Source: an uncultured Candidatus Saccharibacteria bacterium (lineage in GTDB: Bacteria; Patescibacteriota; WWE3; UBA101185; UBA10185). From it: a stretch of 64,000 nt of DNA. Positions 10,246 through 19,231 of the stretch are shown in pieces (the first letter of the stretch is position 1; every line of letters starts with the position of its first letter). Under the pieces are notes generated by a model. That model was not told where the DNA came from, made no database searches, and saw nothing but the letters and a program-made list of their open reading frames with translations. Both the position numbers and the translations under genes were made by a program. Where the stretch lies: the NCBI GenBank assembly GCA_964615625.1, contig CAZTQT010000004.1, positions 2,728 through 66,727 on the forward strand, in the 5' to 3' direction.

Positions 10246-12206
10246 TGGCAAATTCAAGATTTTGGGGTACAACTCCTGAAATGGAAAAAAATATAAGTAC
10301 AAAGGGTAAAAAAATTAAGTTACCTAAAGATAAAAAGAAGCTTGGAATCGCAGGTAAAATAATCTTTGCATTTTTAGGTTTGTTTCTGGTTTTTTTGATT
10401 ATTATGTTTATTTTTGTTATTAGACCTGCTTTGTCGTTGTATGCAGATGCCCAAGTTCTTAAAGATGATTTTTCGTCTGTAGGAAAAGAGTTTCAGAACA
10501 GAGATTTGGTGGCTCTTAATAAGGTTTTAGATAAGACAGAAGCTGACCTGAAGAAAGTAAAAAATGATAAAGATGACAAATTTGGTTGGGCTAAGAATAC
10601 AAAAATATTTAAAGCAAATGAATATTATTCTGACTTTGATAGATTTGTGAGTGCAGGTTTACATGGGGTTGATGCTATCAGAGAGGCTTCAAAGGTTATA
10701 ACTCCTTTTGCAGACGCCGCAGGGTTAAAAGTTTCCCCAGATCAAGAATTACCAAAAGCAGAGGGGTTGATGGAAGCATTCCAGGGTTGGATATCTGTGA
10801 TGCCCAAAGTGGCTGATGAAATGGATGGGGTTATAGAGAAAGTTAGCCAGATAGGGGAGGCCTTAGAGCCTGTAAATGTAGATAAATATCCAGAAAAGAT
10901 AGGAAAAATTGAAATTAGATCTAACATAGATTTTGTAAAAAATACTTTGTCTGATGCTGATGACTACGCTCCTGATATAAAAAAGGCTCTTCAGATAATG
11001 CCCAGAGTATTGGCTGTAGGAACACCTACAAAAAGATACATGATAATAATGCAAAATGATAAGGAGCTGAGACCTACAGGAGGTTTTATGACTAATTACG
11101 CAACTTTTAAGATATCAAATGGTCTTTTAGATTCTGATTTTTCATCTAAAGATATGTACAGTGTAGACCTTACTTTAGATGAGATAGATGCTTATACAGA
11201 TTTCCCAGATCCACCTTATGTATATGGCCCTCTTTTAAAAGTTGAGAGATGGTATGCCAGAGATATGAACTCGTCCTCAGATTTTATAACTTCCATGGAT
11301 CAGTTTTTAAAGTTTTATAACATGGCTGGGAGAATAAATCCTTATGAAATAAAACCAGTAGATGGGATTATAGCTATAGACACAAATGTTATTTCTGAGC
11401 TTTTAGAAGTTACCGGACCGGTTACGGTTAATGGTATAACATACACAAAAGATAATGTGGTTCTGGAGTTAGAGAAGATAGCTTCCTTAGCTTTAGCTGA
11501 ACAAGCTAACAGAAAAAGAGTTCTTGGGGATTTAATGCAAGGTATGTTGGTTAATGTTTTTGAATCTGATAGTAATTTGTGGCCAAGTTTGATAGAAAAG
11601 GGAGTTGATTTAGCAGTTAGAAAGCATATCTCATTTTACATATTTGATGATGAAGCCCAGGCTTTGTTAGATAAATATGGTGTTGGAGGTAGGATAAAAG
11701 ATAGTGTCAGCGGTGATTACTCAATGGTTGTTTCAACTAATCTTGGTGGTGATAAAACAAACTGGTTTACTACAAAAGAAGTAAACCACTCACTAGAAAA
11801 GCAGGGTGATAAGTGGGTTAGGACAGTTAAACTAACTTATAAATATACCCAACCAAGTGCAGAATACGGAGCTTTAGTAAAGAGATTTAAAGATTGGGTT
11901 AGGGTTTATGCTCCTGCAGGATCGGAGCTTATATCTGTAGAAGGTTCAGAAGCACCGGCTTACAACATTTCTGATCAGGAAAGAGGTAAGGTTTGGTATA
12001 GCGGTTATTTAGAATTAGGCCCTGGGGAGTCAAAAGAAATAACATTTAAGTATCACATTCCTTCTGAGATCGTTAACAATGTTTATAAATTAACTATACA
12101 GAAACAGTCAGGTGTAGATAAGGAAAAACACACTGTTAATTACAACGGACAAGTGAAGGAAATAGAGCTTGTAAAAGACACCACAGTAGAAATGAAAGTA
12201 AAATAA
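10245..12206 (+). CDS. DUF4012-domain membrane-anchored protein
   Basis: Single TM, coiled region, QNDKELRPTGGF, RDMNSSSDF, DGIIAID, NLGGDKTN. Confidence 0.7.
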   Translation: MANSRFWGTTPEMEKNISTKGKKIKLPKDKKKLGIAGKIIFAFLGLFLVFLIIMFIFVIRPALSLYADAQVLKDDFSSVGKEFQNRDLVALNKVLDKTEADLKKVKNDKDDKFGWAKNTKIFKANEYYSDFDRFVSAGLHGVDAIREASKVITPFADAAGLKVSPDQELPKAEGLMEAFQGWISVMPKVADEMDGVIEKVSQIGEALEPVNVDKYPEKIGKIEIRSNIDFVKNTLSDADDYAPDIKKALQIMPRVLAVGTPTKRYMIIMQNDKELRPTGGFMTNYATFKISNGLLDSDFSSKDMYSVDLTLDEIDAYTDFPDPPYVYGPLLKVERWYARDMNSSSDFITSMDQFLKFYNMAGRINPYEIKPVDGIIAIDTNVISELLEVTGPVTVNGITYTKDNVVLELEKIASLALAEQANRKRVLGDLMQGMLVNVFESDSNLWPSLIEKGVDLAVRKHISFYIFDDEAQALLDKYGVGGRIKDSVSGDYSMVVSTNLGGDKTNWFTTKEVNHSLEKQGDKWVRTVKLTYKYTQPSAEYGALVKRFKDWVRVYAPAGSELISVEGSEAPAYNISDQERGKVWYSGYLELGPGESKEITFKYHIPSEIVNNVYKLTIQKQSGVDKEKHTVNYNGQVKEIELVKDTTVEMKVK

Positions 12207-12213
12207 ACTTGGT

Positions 12214-12933
12214 ATGAAAAAATATAACGCAAGGGCAGTTGTTCTTAAGAGCGTTAAATACAAGGACTCTGACAAGATTTATACTCTTTTCACAAAGGAA
12301 TATGGGAAAATATCCGCTATAGCTAGGGGTGTAAGAAAGATTAGTTCTAGGAGAAGTGGTAATTTAGATACCTTAAATTTGGTATCGGTAAGTTTTCGTG
12401 ATGAAAATTTAGGTCATAGAAGTATAGAAGAGGTAAAAACCATAGAGTCGTTTAGAAATCTCAAGAAAGATCTGCAAAAATCAACAAAAGCTTATTATAT
12501 GGCTGAAATTATTTATAAGTCAGTTGAAGAAGATGAACAAGTTTCAAATATATTTAACCTTTTTGTAAAGTGTTTAAAAACATTAGATAAAAATAATTAC
12601 CCAGGTGATTTAGTGATATCTCACTTTGAAATGAATTTAATGAATATGCTGGGATATAGGATTACATTTGATGTTTGTGGCAAATGTGGCAGAAAAGCAG
12701 ATGATTCTTGGAACAAGTATTTTTTTAATATAGAAGATGGGTGTTTAGAGTGTGAGGGGTGTTCAAAATATGGTATTGGTGTAAAGAAAGACGCTGCTAT
12801 TGGTTTGAAAAATATTTTTAATGGGAAAATATCTAAAGAGGAGCAACTATCTGCAAAAGAGGTAGATAAAATATTAAAAATGTATGTTGGAAGGAAACTT
12901 GAGGCGCGTTTTAAAAGTCTAGAAATACAATAA
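12214..12933 (+). CDS. recO: DNA repair protein RecO
   Basis: YKDSDKIYTLFTKEYGKISAIARGVRK; CxxC...CxxC zinc finger. Confidence 0.92.
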   Translation: MKKYNARAVVLKSVKYKDSDKIYTLFTKEYGKISAIARGVRKISSRRSGNLDTLNLVSVSFRDENLGHRSIEEVKTIESFRNLKKDLQKSTKAYYMAEIIYKSVEEDEQVSNIFNLFVKCLKTLDKNNYPGDLVISHFEMNLMNMLGYRITFDVCGKCGRKADDSWNKYFFNIEDGCLECEGCSKYGIGVKKDAAIGLKNIFNGKISKEEQLSAKEVDKILKMYVGRKLEARFKSLEIQ

Positions 12934-12953
12934 CTAGGTGATATACTTCACGT

Positions 12954-14330
12954 ATGAAAGAAACTGATAATCTTCAACAAAAAATAGTGTCATTATGCAA
13001 AAGGAGGGGGTTTGTCTACCCAGGATCTGAGATTTATGGTGGTTTAGCAAATACTTATGACTACGGACCTCTAGGTGTTTTGATGATGAGGAACATCCAA
13101 AACCTTTGGTGGGAAAATTTTATTACAAAAAGAAGTGATATTTATGGTTTGGACACTGCTGTTTTTATGTCCCCCGATGTTTGGGTAGCTTCAGGACATA
13201 CTACAAGTTTCAACGAAGTTCTTATAGATTGTAAAAACTGCAAACAACGAACGGGTGCTGAAAAGTTAATTGAAGCGTTTTTTGAGTCTAAAGATGAAAA
13301 ATTTAGTGCAGAAGGAAGAAGTTTAGATGAGATGGAAGAAATCGTACAAAGTAATAAAATACCTTGTCCTGAGTGTGGTAAAACAGATTGGACTAAACCT
13401 AGAAAATTTAGCAATTTATTTGAAACCCAAATAGGCATAGTTCCAGAAAATAAGTCTTTAAATTATTTAAGAGGTGAGTTGGCTCAAGGAATGTTTGTTA
13501 ATTTTAAAAATGTTTTAGATTCTCAAAGACCAAAATTACCCTTTGGTTTAGGTCAGATTGGGAAAGTTTTTAGAAATGAAATAACAAAAGGAAATTTTGT
13601 TTTTAGAACTCTTGAATTTACACTAATGGAGTTTGAGTATTTCTTTAATCCTAATGTACAGAAGTGGGAAGATATTTTTGAATATTGGAGAAAAGAAATG
13701 TTTGATTGGATTACATCTATGGGAGTTCCTAAAGAAAAATTAAGATGGAGAGTTCATTCTGACGAAGAAAGAGCGCACTACTCAAAAAGAACAGAGGATT
13801 TGGATTTTGAATTTGCAGTTGGTTTTAAAGAAATGTTTGGTTTAGCTTACAGAACAGACTTTGATTTAAATAAACATATTGAAAAATCCGGTGCTGATCT
13901 TAGATATATGGACCCAGAAACAGGAGAAAAATTTGTACCGCATGTTATTGAACCTACATTTGGATCTTCAAGGATATTCTTAGCTCTTTTAACAAATGGT
14001 TATAAAGAAGAAGGTGATAGAGTAGTTTTGAAACTAGATAAAAAAGTGGCCCCTTACAGAGTAGCCGTTTTTCCATTGGTAAAAAATAAAGAAGATATAG
14101 TGAACAAGGCTAAGGATGTGTATAAGATGCTTTTAGATAAAGGATTTTCTGTTGATTGGGATGATAGAGGAAATATTGGTAAAAGATATTTTGCTCAAGA
14201 TGAAATAGGCACACCGTATTGTGTGACAGTAGATTATCAGACTTTGGAAGATGGGACTGTAACAATAAGAGATAGAGATACAATGGAACAGGAAAGAGTA
14301 ATTATAGAAGATATATTTTCAAAGATATAA
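12954..14330 (+). CDS. glyQS: Glycine--tRNA ligase, alpha2 type
   Basis: LCKRRGF, YDYGPLG, YLRGELAQG, FRNEIT, PHVIEP, QDEIGTPYCVTVD. Confidence 0.95.
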   Translation: MKETDNLQQKIVSLCKRRGFVYPGSEIYGGLANTYDYGPLGVLMMRNIQNLWWENFITKRSDIYGLDTAVFMSPDVWVASGHTTSFNEVLIDCKNCKQRTGAEKLIEAFFESKDEKFSAEGRSLDEMEEIVQSNKIPCPECGKTDWTKPRKFSNLFETQIGIVPENKSLNYLRGELAQGMFVNFKNVLDSQRPKLPFGLGQIGKVFRNEITKGNFVFRTLEFTLMEFEYFFNPNVQKWEDIFEYWRKEMFDWITSMGVPKEKLRWRVHSDEERAHYSKRTEDLDFEFAVGFKEMFGLAYRTDFDLNKHIEKSGADLRYMDPETGEKFVPHVIEPTFGSSRIFLALLTNGYKEEGDRVVLKLDKKVAPYRVAVFPLVKNKEDIVNKAKDVYKMLLDKGFSVDWDDRGNIGKRYFAQDEIGTPYCVTVDYQTLEDGTVTIRDRDTMEQERVIIEDIFSKI

Positions 14331-14351
14331 AAATACATAGAAATATAAAAG

Positions 14352-14382
14352 AAACCCGGTCTTTCTATAAAACCGGGTTTTT
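14352..14382. terminator. Bidirectional intrinsic terminator
   Basis: AAACCCGGT/ACCGGGTTT stem with A/T tracts, between convergent glyQS and the orphan ORF. Confidence 0.7.
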
Positions 14383-14397
14383 GAGATTCGGTAATAA

Positions 14398-14619
14398 CTA
14401 CTTGTCCGACTCTAATTTGGATATAGGTCTTAGTTCTAAGTCTAGTATTTTAGGTGTTCCAAATGGTATTGGGTCGCTACCGTCAATACGCATGTAATAT
14501 ATACATCCTTTATGAATTCTAGACCTACCTCTACGATCAAGCTCCATCAACATCCCATTTTTAGATATATACGTAACACCTTTTTCAAGATCTCGTGCGT
14601 TTGTTATTATCCCATCCAC
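14398..14619 (-). CDS. Small hypothetical protein (possibly frameshifted at its start)
   Basis: 73-aa ORF with its own promoter (TTGAGA-17-TAGAAT), SD and terminator; the SD-linked ATG at 14626 is out of frame. Confidence 0.45.
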   Translation of the reverse strand: MDGIITNARDLEKGVTYISKNGMLMELDRRGRSRIHKGCIYYMRIDGSDPIPFGTPKILDLELRPISKLESDK

Positions 14620-14731
14620 TACTCATCTTCCTCTCCTTTCTAAAATATCAACTAAAAATTCTAGCAAAAAATATCCCCTTTCTCAAATTTCGGAAACATT
14701 GATTTTACTTTATATTCGGGTTTTATTTGTA

Positions 14732-14785
14732 TTGACAATGGAGACTAAATGGTGGATATTGGATATAACTTGGTGAACATTGGTG
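14732..14785 (+). promoter_or_regulatory. mraZ promoter region with five phased TGG repeats (putative MraZ operator)
   Basis: TTGACA at 14732; TGGAG/TGGTG/TGGAT/TGGTG/TGGTG at 14739, 14750, 14760, 14771, 14781 (10-11 bp period). Confidence 0.65.
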
Positions 14786-14807
14786 AAGGTTATTTTTAGG
14801 ATTATTT

Positions 14808-15218
14808 ATGAAAATGTTTCTTGGGGAATACCAACCGAATATCACCGAAGGATCAAGAATAGCCCTGCCCAAGAAACTTCGGGAACAAATAAAAGGAGAG
14901 GATGTGATCCTTTCTAAGGGCTTTGAAAAATGCATATTTGTTTACGATAAGGAAGATTGGGTGGTAGAAGCCCAAAAGCAGGTTGAAAATCCTATATCTG
15001 ATTCCAGAACAAGAGAGTTGAAAAGATATATGTACTCTGGGGCCGTAGAAACAACAGTTGATAACCAAGGAAGAGTGGTAATCCCTAATAATTTAAAGGA
15101 TTATTCTCAGATAAAAAAGAAAGTTTTTGTAATAGGGGCTGGAGATCATATAGAAATTTGGGACTTTGAGAATTGGATAGCTCATTCTGAAAAAATATCT
15201 CAAAGTTTAGCGAATTAA
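14808..15218 (+). CDS. mraZ: Division/cell wall cluster repressor MraZ
   Basis: MFLGEY, RIALPKKLR, VDNQGRVVIP, IGAGDHIEIW. Confidence 0.95.
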   Translation: MKMFLGEYQPNITEGSRIALPKKLREQIKGEDVILSKGFEKCIFVYDKEDWVVEAQKQVENPISDSRTRELKRYMYSGAVETTVDNQGRVVIPNNLKDYSQIKKKVFVIGAGDHIEIWDFENWIAHSEKISQSLAN

Positions 15219-15219
15219 C

Positions 15220-16095
15220 ATGGGATATCACGAGCCAGTTCTTTTAAAAGAAGCGTTACAAGAACTTAAAGTAGAAAAAGGAAAAAAATATATTGACGCT
15301 ACTTTAGGAGATGGGGGACACACACTTGAGGTTCTGAAAAAGGGTGGTGATGTTCTTGGAATAGAAGTAAACGAGCAAGCTTTAGAAAGAGCTACAGAGA
15401 GGATTAAAAAAGAGGGTTTTGAAGACAATTTTATTGGAGTTTTAGGGAACTTTAAAAATATAGAAAAAATATCTAAAGAAAAAGGATTTGAAAAGGTCCA
15501 CGGCATTATCTATGACCTTGGGTATAGTTCGTTTGAGCTGGAAGAATCCGGTTTAGGTCTTAGTTTTCAGCTTAATGAAGATTTGGACATGAGATTGGAC
15601 AAGACCTTGGGAGTTACTGCAGCTGATCTAATAAATTCTTTAGATGAAAAAAGCATTTCAGAAATGCTTTACAGATATTCAGACGAGAGAATGGCAAGAA
15701 AATTTGCCCAAGCTATAGTAAAGGCTCGTAATTTGAAGAAAATACAGACCACTAAAGATTTGGTGGACGTAATAAATTCTGTATCTTCTCCAGGTTATGA
15801 ACGGGGTAGGATAAACCCTGCCACAAGAACCTTTCAGGCTCTCAGGATTGTTGTAAATGACGAACTTGAAAACCTGAAAAAATCACTGCCTCAGGCCGCG
15901 CGCCTATTGCTGCCTGGTAGTGTGATCGTACTGATCACCTTCCATTCATTGGAAGATAAGGTGGCTAAGGAATTTAGTCACCGCGCGCGGCCTAGTGTAG
16001 ATACGGTCAATAAGCCTTTGGTTCCTACCGAAGAGGAGGTTAGAAATAACCCTAGAAGTAGAAGTGCAAAGTTAAGGGTTTATAGAAAAAAATGA
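15220..16095 (+). CDS. rsmH: 16S rRNA m4C1402 methyltransferase RsmH (MraW)
   Basis: HEPVLL, DATLGDGGH, DLGYSS, LDMRLD, TRTFQALRIVVN, TFHSLED, NPRSRSAKLR. Confidence 0.96.
   Translation: MGYHEPVLLKEALQELKVEKGKKYIDATLGDGGHTLEVLKKGGDVLGIEVNEQALERATERIKKEGFEDNFIGVLGNFKNIEKISKEKGFEKVHGIIYDLGYSSFELEESGLGLSFQLNEDLDMRLDKTLGVTAADLINSLDEKSISEMLYRYSDERMARKFAQAIVKARNLKKIQTTKDLVDVINSVSSPGYERGRINPATRTFQALRIVVNDELENLKKSLPQAARLLLPGSVIVLITFHSLEDKVAKEFSHRARPSVDTVNKPLVPTEEEVRNNPRSRSAKLRVYRKK
15893..15993. other. Multi-branch inverted-repeat structure inside the rsmH CDS
   Basis: 11-bp perfect GC-rich closing stem enclosing 3-4 abutting hairpins. Confidence 0.6.
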
Positions 16096-16397
16096 AAATA
16101 AAGTCTGAGAAGTTATTTAAATTTATATTTGCTTTTTCGGTGGTGTTTTTTGTATTTAGTGTCGGCACAAAATTTTATTTTTGTAACAATTTGACTACAA
16201 AGAACGCTCATTTTGATAAGATTTCCTATAAAAGGAAGAGATTAGAAGAGGAAATCAGCAGATTGGAGTCTGAGAATTCTTTCTTATCATCTATAAATCG
16301 TGTTGAAACTAGAGCCAAAGAGCTTGGTTTTATACAAATGAAATCTAATGTTATATCTTTGGATATAAATTCCCCAGATCAGGTAGCCCTGAGATAA
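16092..16397 (+). CDS. ftsL: FtsL-like cell division protein
   Basis: TM plus coiled coil ending SINRVETRAKELGF; lies between rsmH and ftsI. Confidence 0.7.
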   Translation: MKIKSEKLFKFIFAFSVVFFVFSVGTKFYFCNNLTTKNAHFDKISYKRKRLEEEISRLESENSFLSSINRVETRAKELGFIQMKSNVISLDINSPDQVALR

Positions 16398-16449
16398 TTT
16401 TTCTATATATATATTATTGGCATTAAATGTCTACAGAATGTAGAATTTA

Positions 16450-18333
16450 ATGATTATGAGTCCTAGAAATAAGAAAAAGGGATTTAAAAGCGATTGGAGA
16501 ATGAGGTTTGTCTTTTTAGGTTTTTTATTTAGCTTTACCCTTTTAATTTTCAGATTATTTCAAATTCAAATTCTAGATCATAAAAAATACCGTGCTAAAG
16601 CTGAAGGTCAGTATTTAGGTCAATCAAATATACCTGCGAAAAGGGGAAATATTTATAGTGCGGATGGTTATTTATTAGCTGGAGCTAGAAGTAACTACCT
16701 TCTTTTTGCAGAGCCTAAAAAAATAGAAGATCCAGAAAAAATAGCAAGTTATTTAGCAGATTTGCTTTCAGATGTAAGATTTGGGAAGAATTCAGAAGCT
16801 AGTGATGCTGATGATGATATTGAGGAAGAAACTATTGTAATCAAATCTCCTACTAAAGAGGAAATGTACACAAAATATTTTAATGATTTTAAAAATTCTA
16901 TTTCAAAAGATCTTTTTTGGGTCCCTGTTATAAGAGATATAACTCCAGAAGAAAAGAAATTAATAGAAGATAGTAAAATTCCTAACTTAGGGTTTGAGGA
17001 GTACCCTGCTAGATATTATCCAGAAGGTTCTTTAGCGAGTCATGTGCTGGGTTTTGTGGCTAGTGACGAAAAGGGTGAGAAAATAGGGTATTTTGGGATA
17101 GAGGGTAAATTAAATGAGGAGTTAAAAGGTAAATCGGGTAGAGTTATTGAAGATACAGATGCAGTTGGAAACCCTATTTTAATGGGGGAATACAAGGAAA
17201 TACCACCCGTTCAAGGTAGGGATGTCATTTTAACAATTAACAGATCTGTTCAATATATTGTTGAAAAAAAGTTGAAAGAAGATGTTGAAAAATACGGTGC
17301 TATTTCAGGCACCGTAATTATAATGAATCCCTTTACAGGGGATATAGTAGCAATGGCAAATTATCCAACTTATGATCCTGATGATTTTAATGAAGGAGAA
17401 GAGGTGGATCCCAATACAGGAAGAAAGAATTTGGTTAGGAAAAATTCAGCTATAGCAGATACTTATGAACCTGGGTCTGTTATTAAACCACTAACCGTCT
17501 CTGCTGCTATAGATTTAGGTATAGTAAGTCCATCAACAACCTTTGTTGATAATGGACCGGTTAGGTATTCGGATTATGTTATAGATAATTGGGATGGTAA
17601 GCACCATGGGGTACAAACTATCACAGAGCTTTTACAAAAATCTAATAATATAGGTGCGGCGTGGGTTGGTCACCAAGTTGGGGCAAAAAAGCTTTATGAA
17701 TATTTTTATAATTTTGGGATGGGTTCTAGAACTGGAGTAGATCTTGAGGGGGAAGATACAGGAATACTAAGGGATATTAAAGATTGGACTGATATTGACA
17801 TAGCCAATATATCATTTGGACAGGGAATGTCTGCAACCACGCTCCAGGTTTTAAATGCTTTTAATGTTATTGCAAATGGGGGGAACCTTATGCAGCCAAA
17901 AATAATATCAAAAATAATTGATGAAAACGGAGATCATGAGATACCATCAAAAGTTGTCAAAAGAGTGATTTCAAAAGAAACGGCAGACACAATGGTAGAT
18001 CTTTTAGAAAAAGCTGCTGAAGGCGGTGAGGCTAAGTTTTTTATTTTAAAAGATTATAGAATATCTGGAAAGACAGGTACTGCTCAAATCCCTGAAGGTG
18101 GTAAATACTCCCCAGATAAAACTAACGCTACATTTGTTGGGTTTTTGACTTCAACCAAAACTCTATCTATGATAGTGAAGTTTGAACAGCCAAAAACATC
18201 GGTTTATGCAGCAGAAACATCAACCCCAACTTGGATGAGTTTAGTATCAGAGCTTGTTAAGTTTTATGGAATACCTCCGGACGTTGTTATAGAAGAAAAA
18301 GAACCGGAGCCGTTAAAATTAACAGAAGAATAG
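16450..18333 (+). CDS. ftsI: Class B penicillin-binding protein (FtsI/PBP2 family)
   Basis: AKRGNIY, RYYPEG, EPGSVIKP (SxxK), SNN, KTGT. Confidence 0.88.
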   Translation: MIMSPRNKKKGFKSDWRMRFVFLGFLFSFTLLIFRLFQIQILDHKKYRAKAEGQYLGQSNIPAKRGNIYSADGYLLAGARSNYLLFAEPKKIEDPEKIASYLADLLSDVRFGKNSEASDADDDIEEETIVIKSPTKEEMYTKYFNDFKNSISKDLFWVPVIRDITPEEKKLIEDSKIPNLGFEEYPARYYPEGSLASHVLGFVASDEKGEKIGYFGIEGKLNEELKGKSGRVIEDTDAVGNPILMGEYKEIPPVQGRDVILTINRSVQYIVEKKLKEDVEKYGAISGTVIIMNPFTGDIVAMANYPTYDPDDFNEGEEVDPNTGRKNLVRKNSAIADTYEPGSVIKPLTVSAAIDLGIVSPSTTFVDNGPVRYSDYVIDNWDGKHHGVQTITELLQKSNNIGAAWVGHQVGAKKLYEYFYNFGMGSRTGVDLEGEDTGILRDIKDWTDIDIANISFGQGMSATTLQVLNAFNVIANGGNLMQPKIISKIIDENGDHEIPSKVVKRVISKETADTMVDLLEKAAEGGEAKFFILKDYRISGKTGTAQIPEGGKYSPDKTNATFVGFLTSTKTLSMIVKFEQPKTSVYAAETSTPTWMSLVSELVKFYGIPPDVVIEEKEPEPLKLTEE

Positions 18334-18394
18334 TTCTATTCTCATTAGATTTTGAGATATTGTTAAAAGATCAATTTACTAATACCCTTATCCC

Positions 18395-18763
18395 GTGGAC
18401 AGGAGGTTGTTAGGTGCGGAATCAGAACAACTCGCTGTTAAATATCTCAAAAGCAGGGGCTACAAAATAGTTTGCATAAACTGGACTTGTTACGCAGGCG
18501 AAATAGATATAGTGGCCCTCAAAAATAACCTCATTTTTATTGAGGTAAAGTCCGCCAAAGGCGGATTTTGTAGCCCCTGCGAAATGTTTACACATAAAAA
18601 GAAAAAACATTTAGAAAGATCTATAAATATTTTTCTTGAACAAAATTTCAAAAATAAAAATGTTCCTGAGTATAGATTAGATTTAATCTGTATATTTTAT
18701 TTTTGGGGTATTGGATCAAAGCATTTATATCATTATAAAAACATTTTAAATACCTTGGTTTAA
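18395..18763 (+). CDS. yraN: YraN family (UPF0102) PD-(D/E)xK nuclease-like protein
   Basis: LGAESEQLAVKYL, GEIDIVA, FIEVK, RLDLI. Confidence 0.8.
   Translation: MDRRLLGAESEQLAVKYLKSRGYKIVCINWTCYAGEIDIVALKNNLIFIEVKSAKGGFCSPCEMFTHKKKKHLERSINIFLEQNFKNKNVPEYRLDLICIFYFWGIGSKHLYHYKNILNTLV
18453..18580. repeat. 16-bp perfect inverted repeat enclosing hairpins, inside yraN
   Basis: GCAGGGGCTACAAAAT (18453-18468) / ATTTTGTAGCCCCTGC (18565-18580). Confidence 0.7.
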
Positions 18764-18818
18764 AACATTAAACTGAAATTGTGTTTACATGTTCAAAATC
18801 ATCTTGTAACATTTACTC

Positions 18819-19223
18819 ATGCCTAAGAAGATAATGTTTGTAGAAGACGATGAGGGTTTTTATAATATTTTTTCAGTTCCTTTAAAAATGAAGGGTTACG
18901 AAATAGTCAGAGTTGCTGAAGGTTCCTCTGCCGTGGAGAAAATAATAACGGAAAATCCAGACCTAGTTTTATTAGATATTGTTTTACCTGGAACCAGCGG
19001 CTTAGATATTTTAAAAGAGCTAAGAGAAAGAGATGAAACTAAATCTACCGTTGTAATAATGCTTACGAACTTTGGTAGTGATGAGAATATATCAAGGGCT
19101 ATGAAGTGTGGGGCTAATGATTACCTCATGAAATACAATATTGTTCCATCAGAACTACCTGACAAAATAGCTGCGTATCTTGGAGAATCTCAAGAGTTTG
19201 CAGTAAAAATGACTGAAAGCTAA
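18819..19223 (+). CDS. Single-domain response regulator (receiver)
   Basis: VEDD, LVLLDIVLP, MLTN, YLMK; promoter TTTACA-17-TAACAT ends 6 nt before ATG. Confidence 0.9.
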   Translation: MPKKIMFVEDDEGFYNIFSVPLKMKGYEIVRVAEGSSAVEKIITENPDLVLLDIVLPGTSGLDILKELRERDETKSTVVIMLTNFGSDENISRAMKCGANDYLMKYNIVPSELPDKIAAYLGESQEFAVKMTES

Positions 19224-19231
19224 CCCCTGAT

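Noticed and set aside
14835-14849. CCGAA-N5-CCGAA as a LexA box
   Set aside because: Spacing is N5 rather than N6 and it lies inside the mraZ CDS
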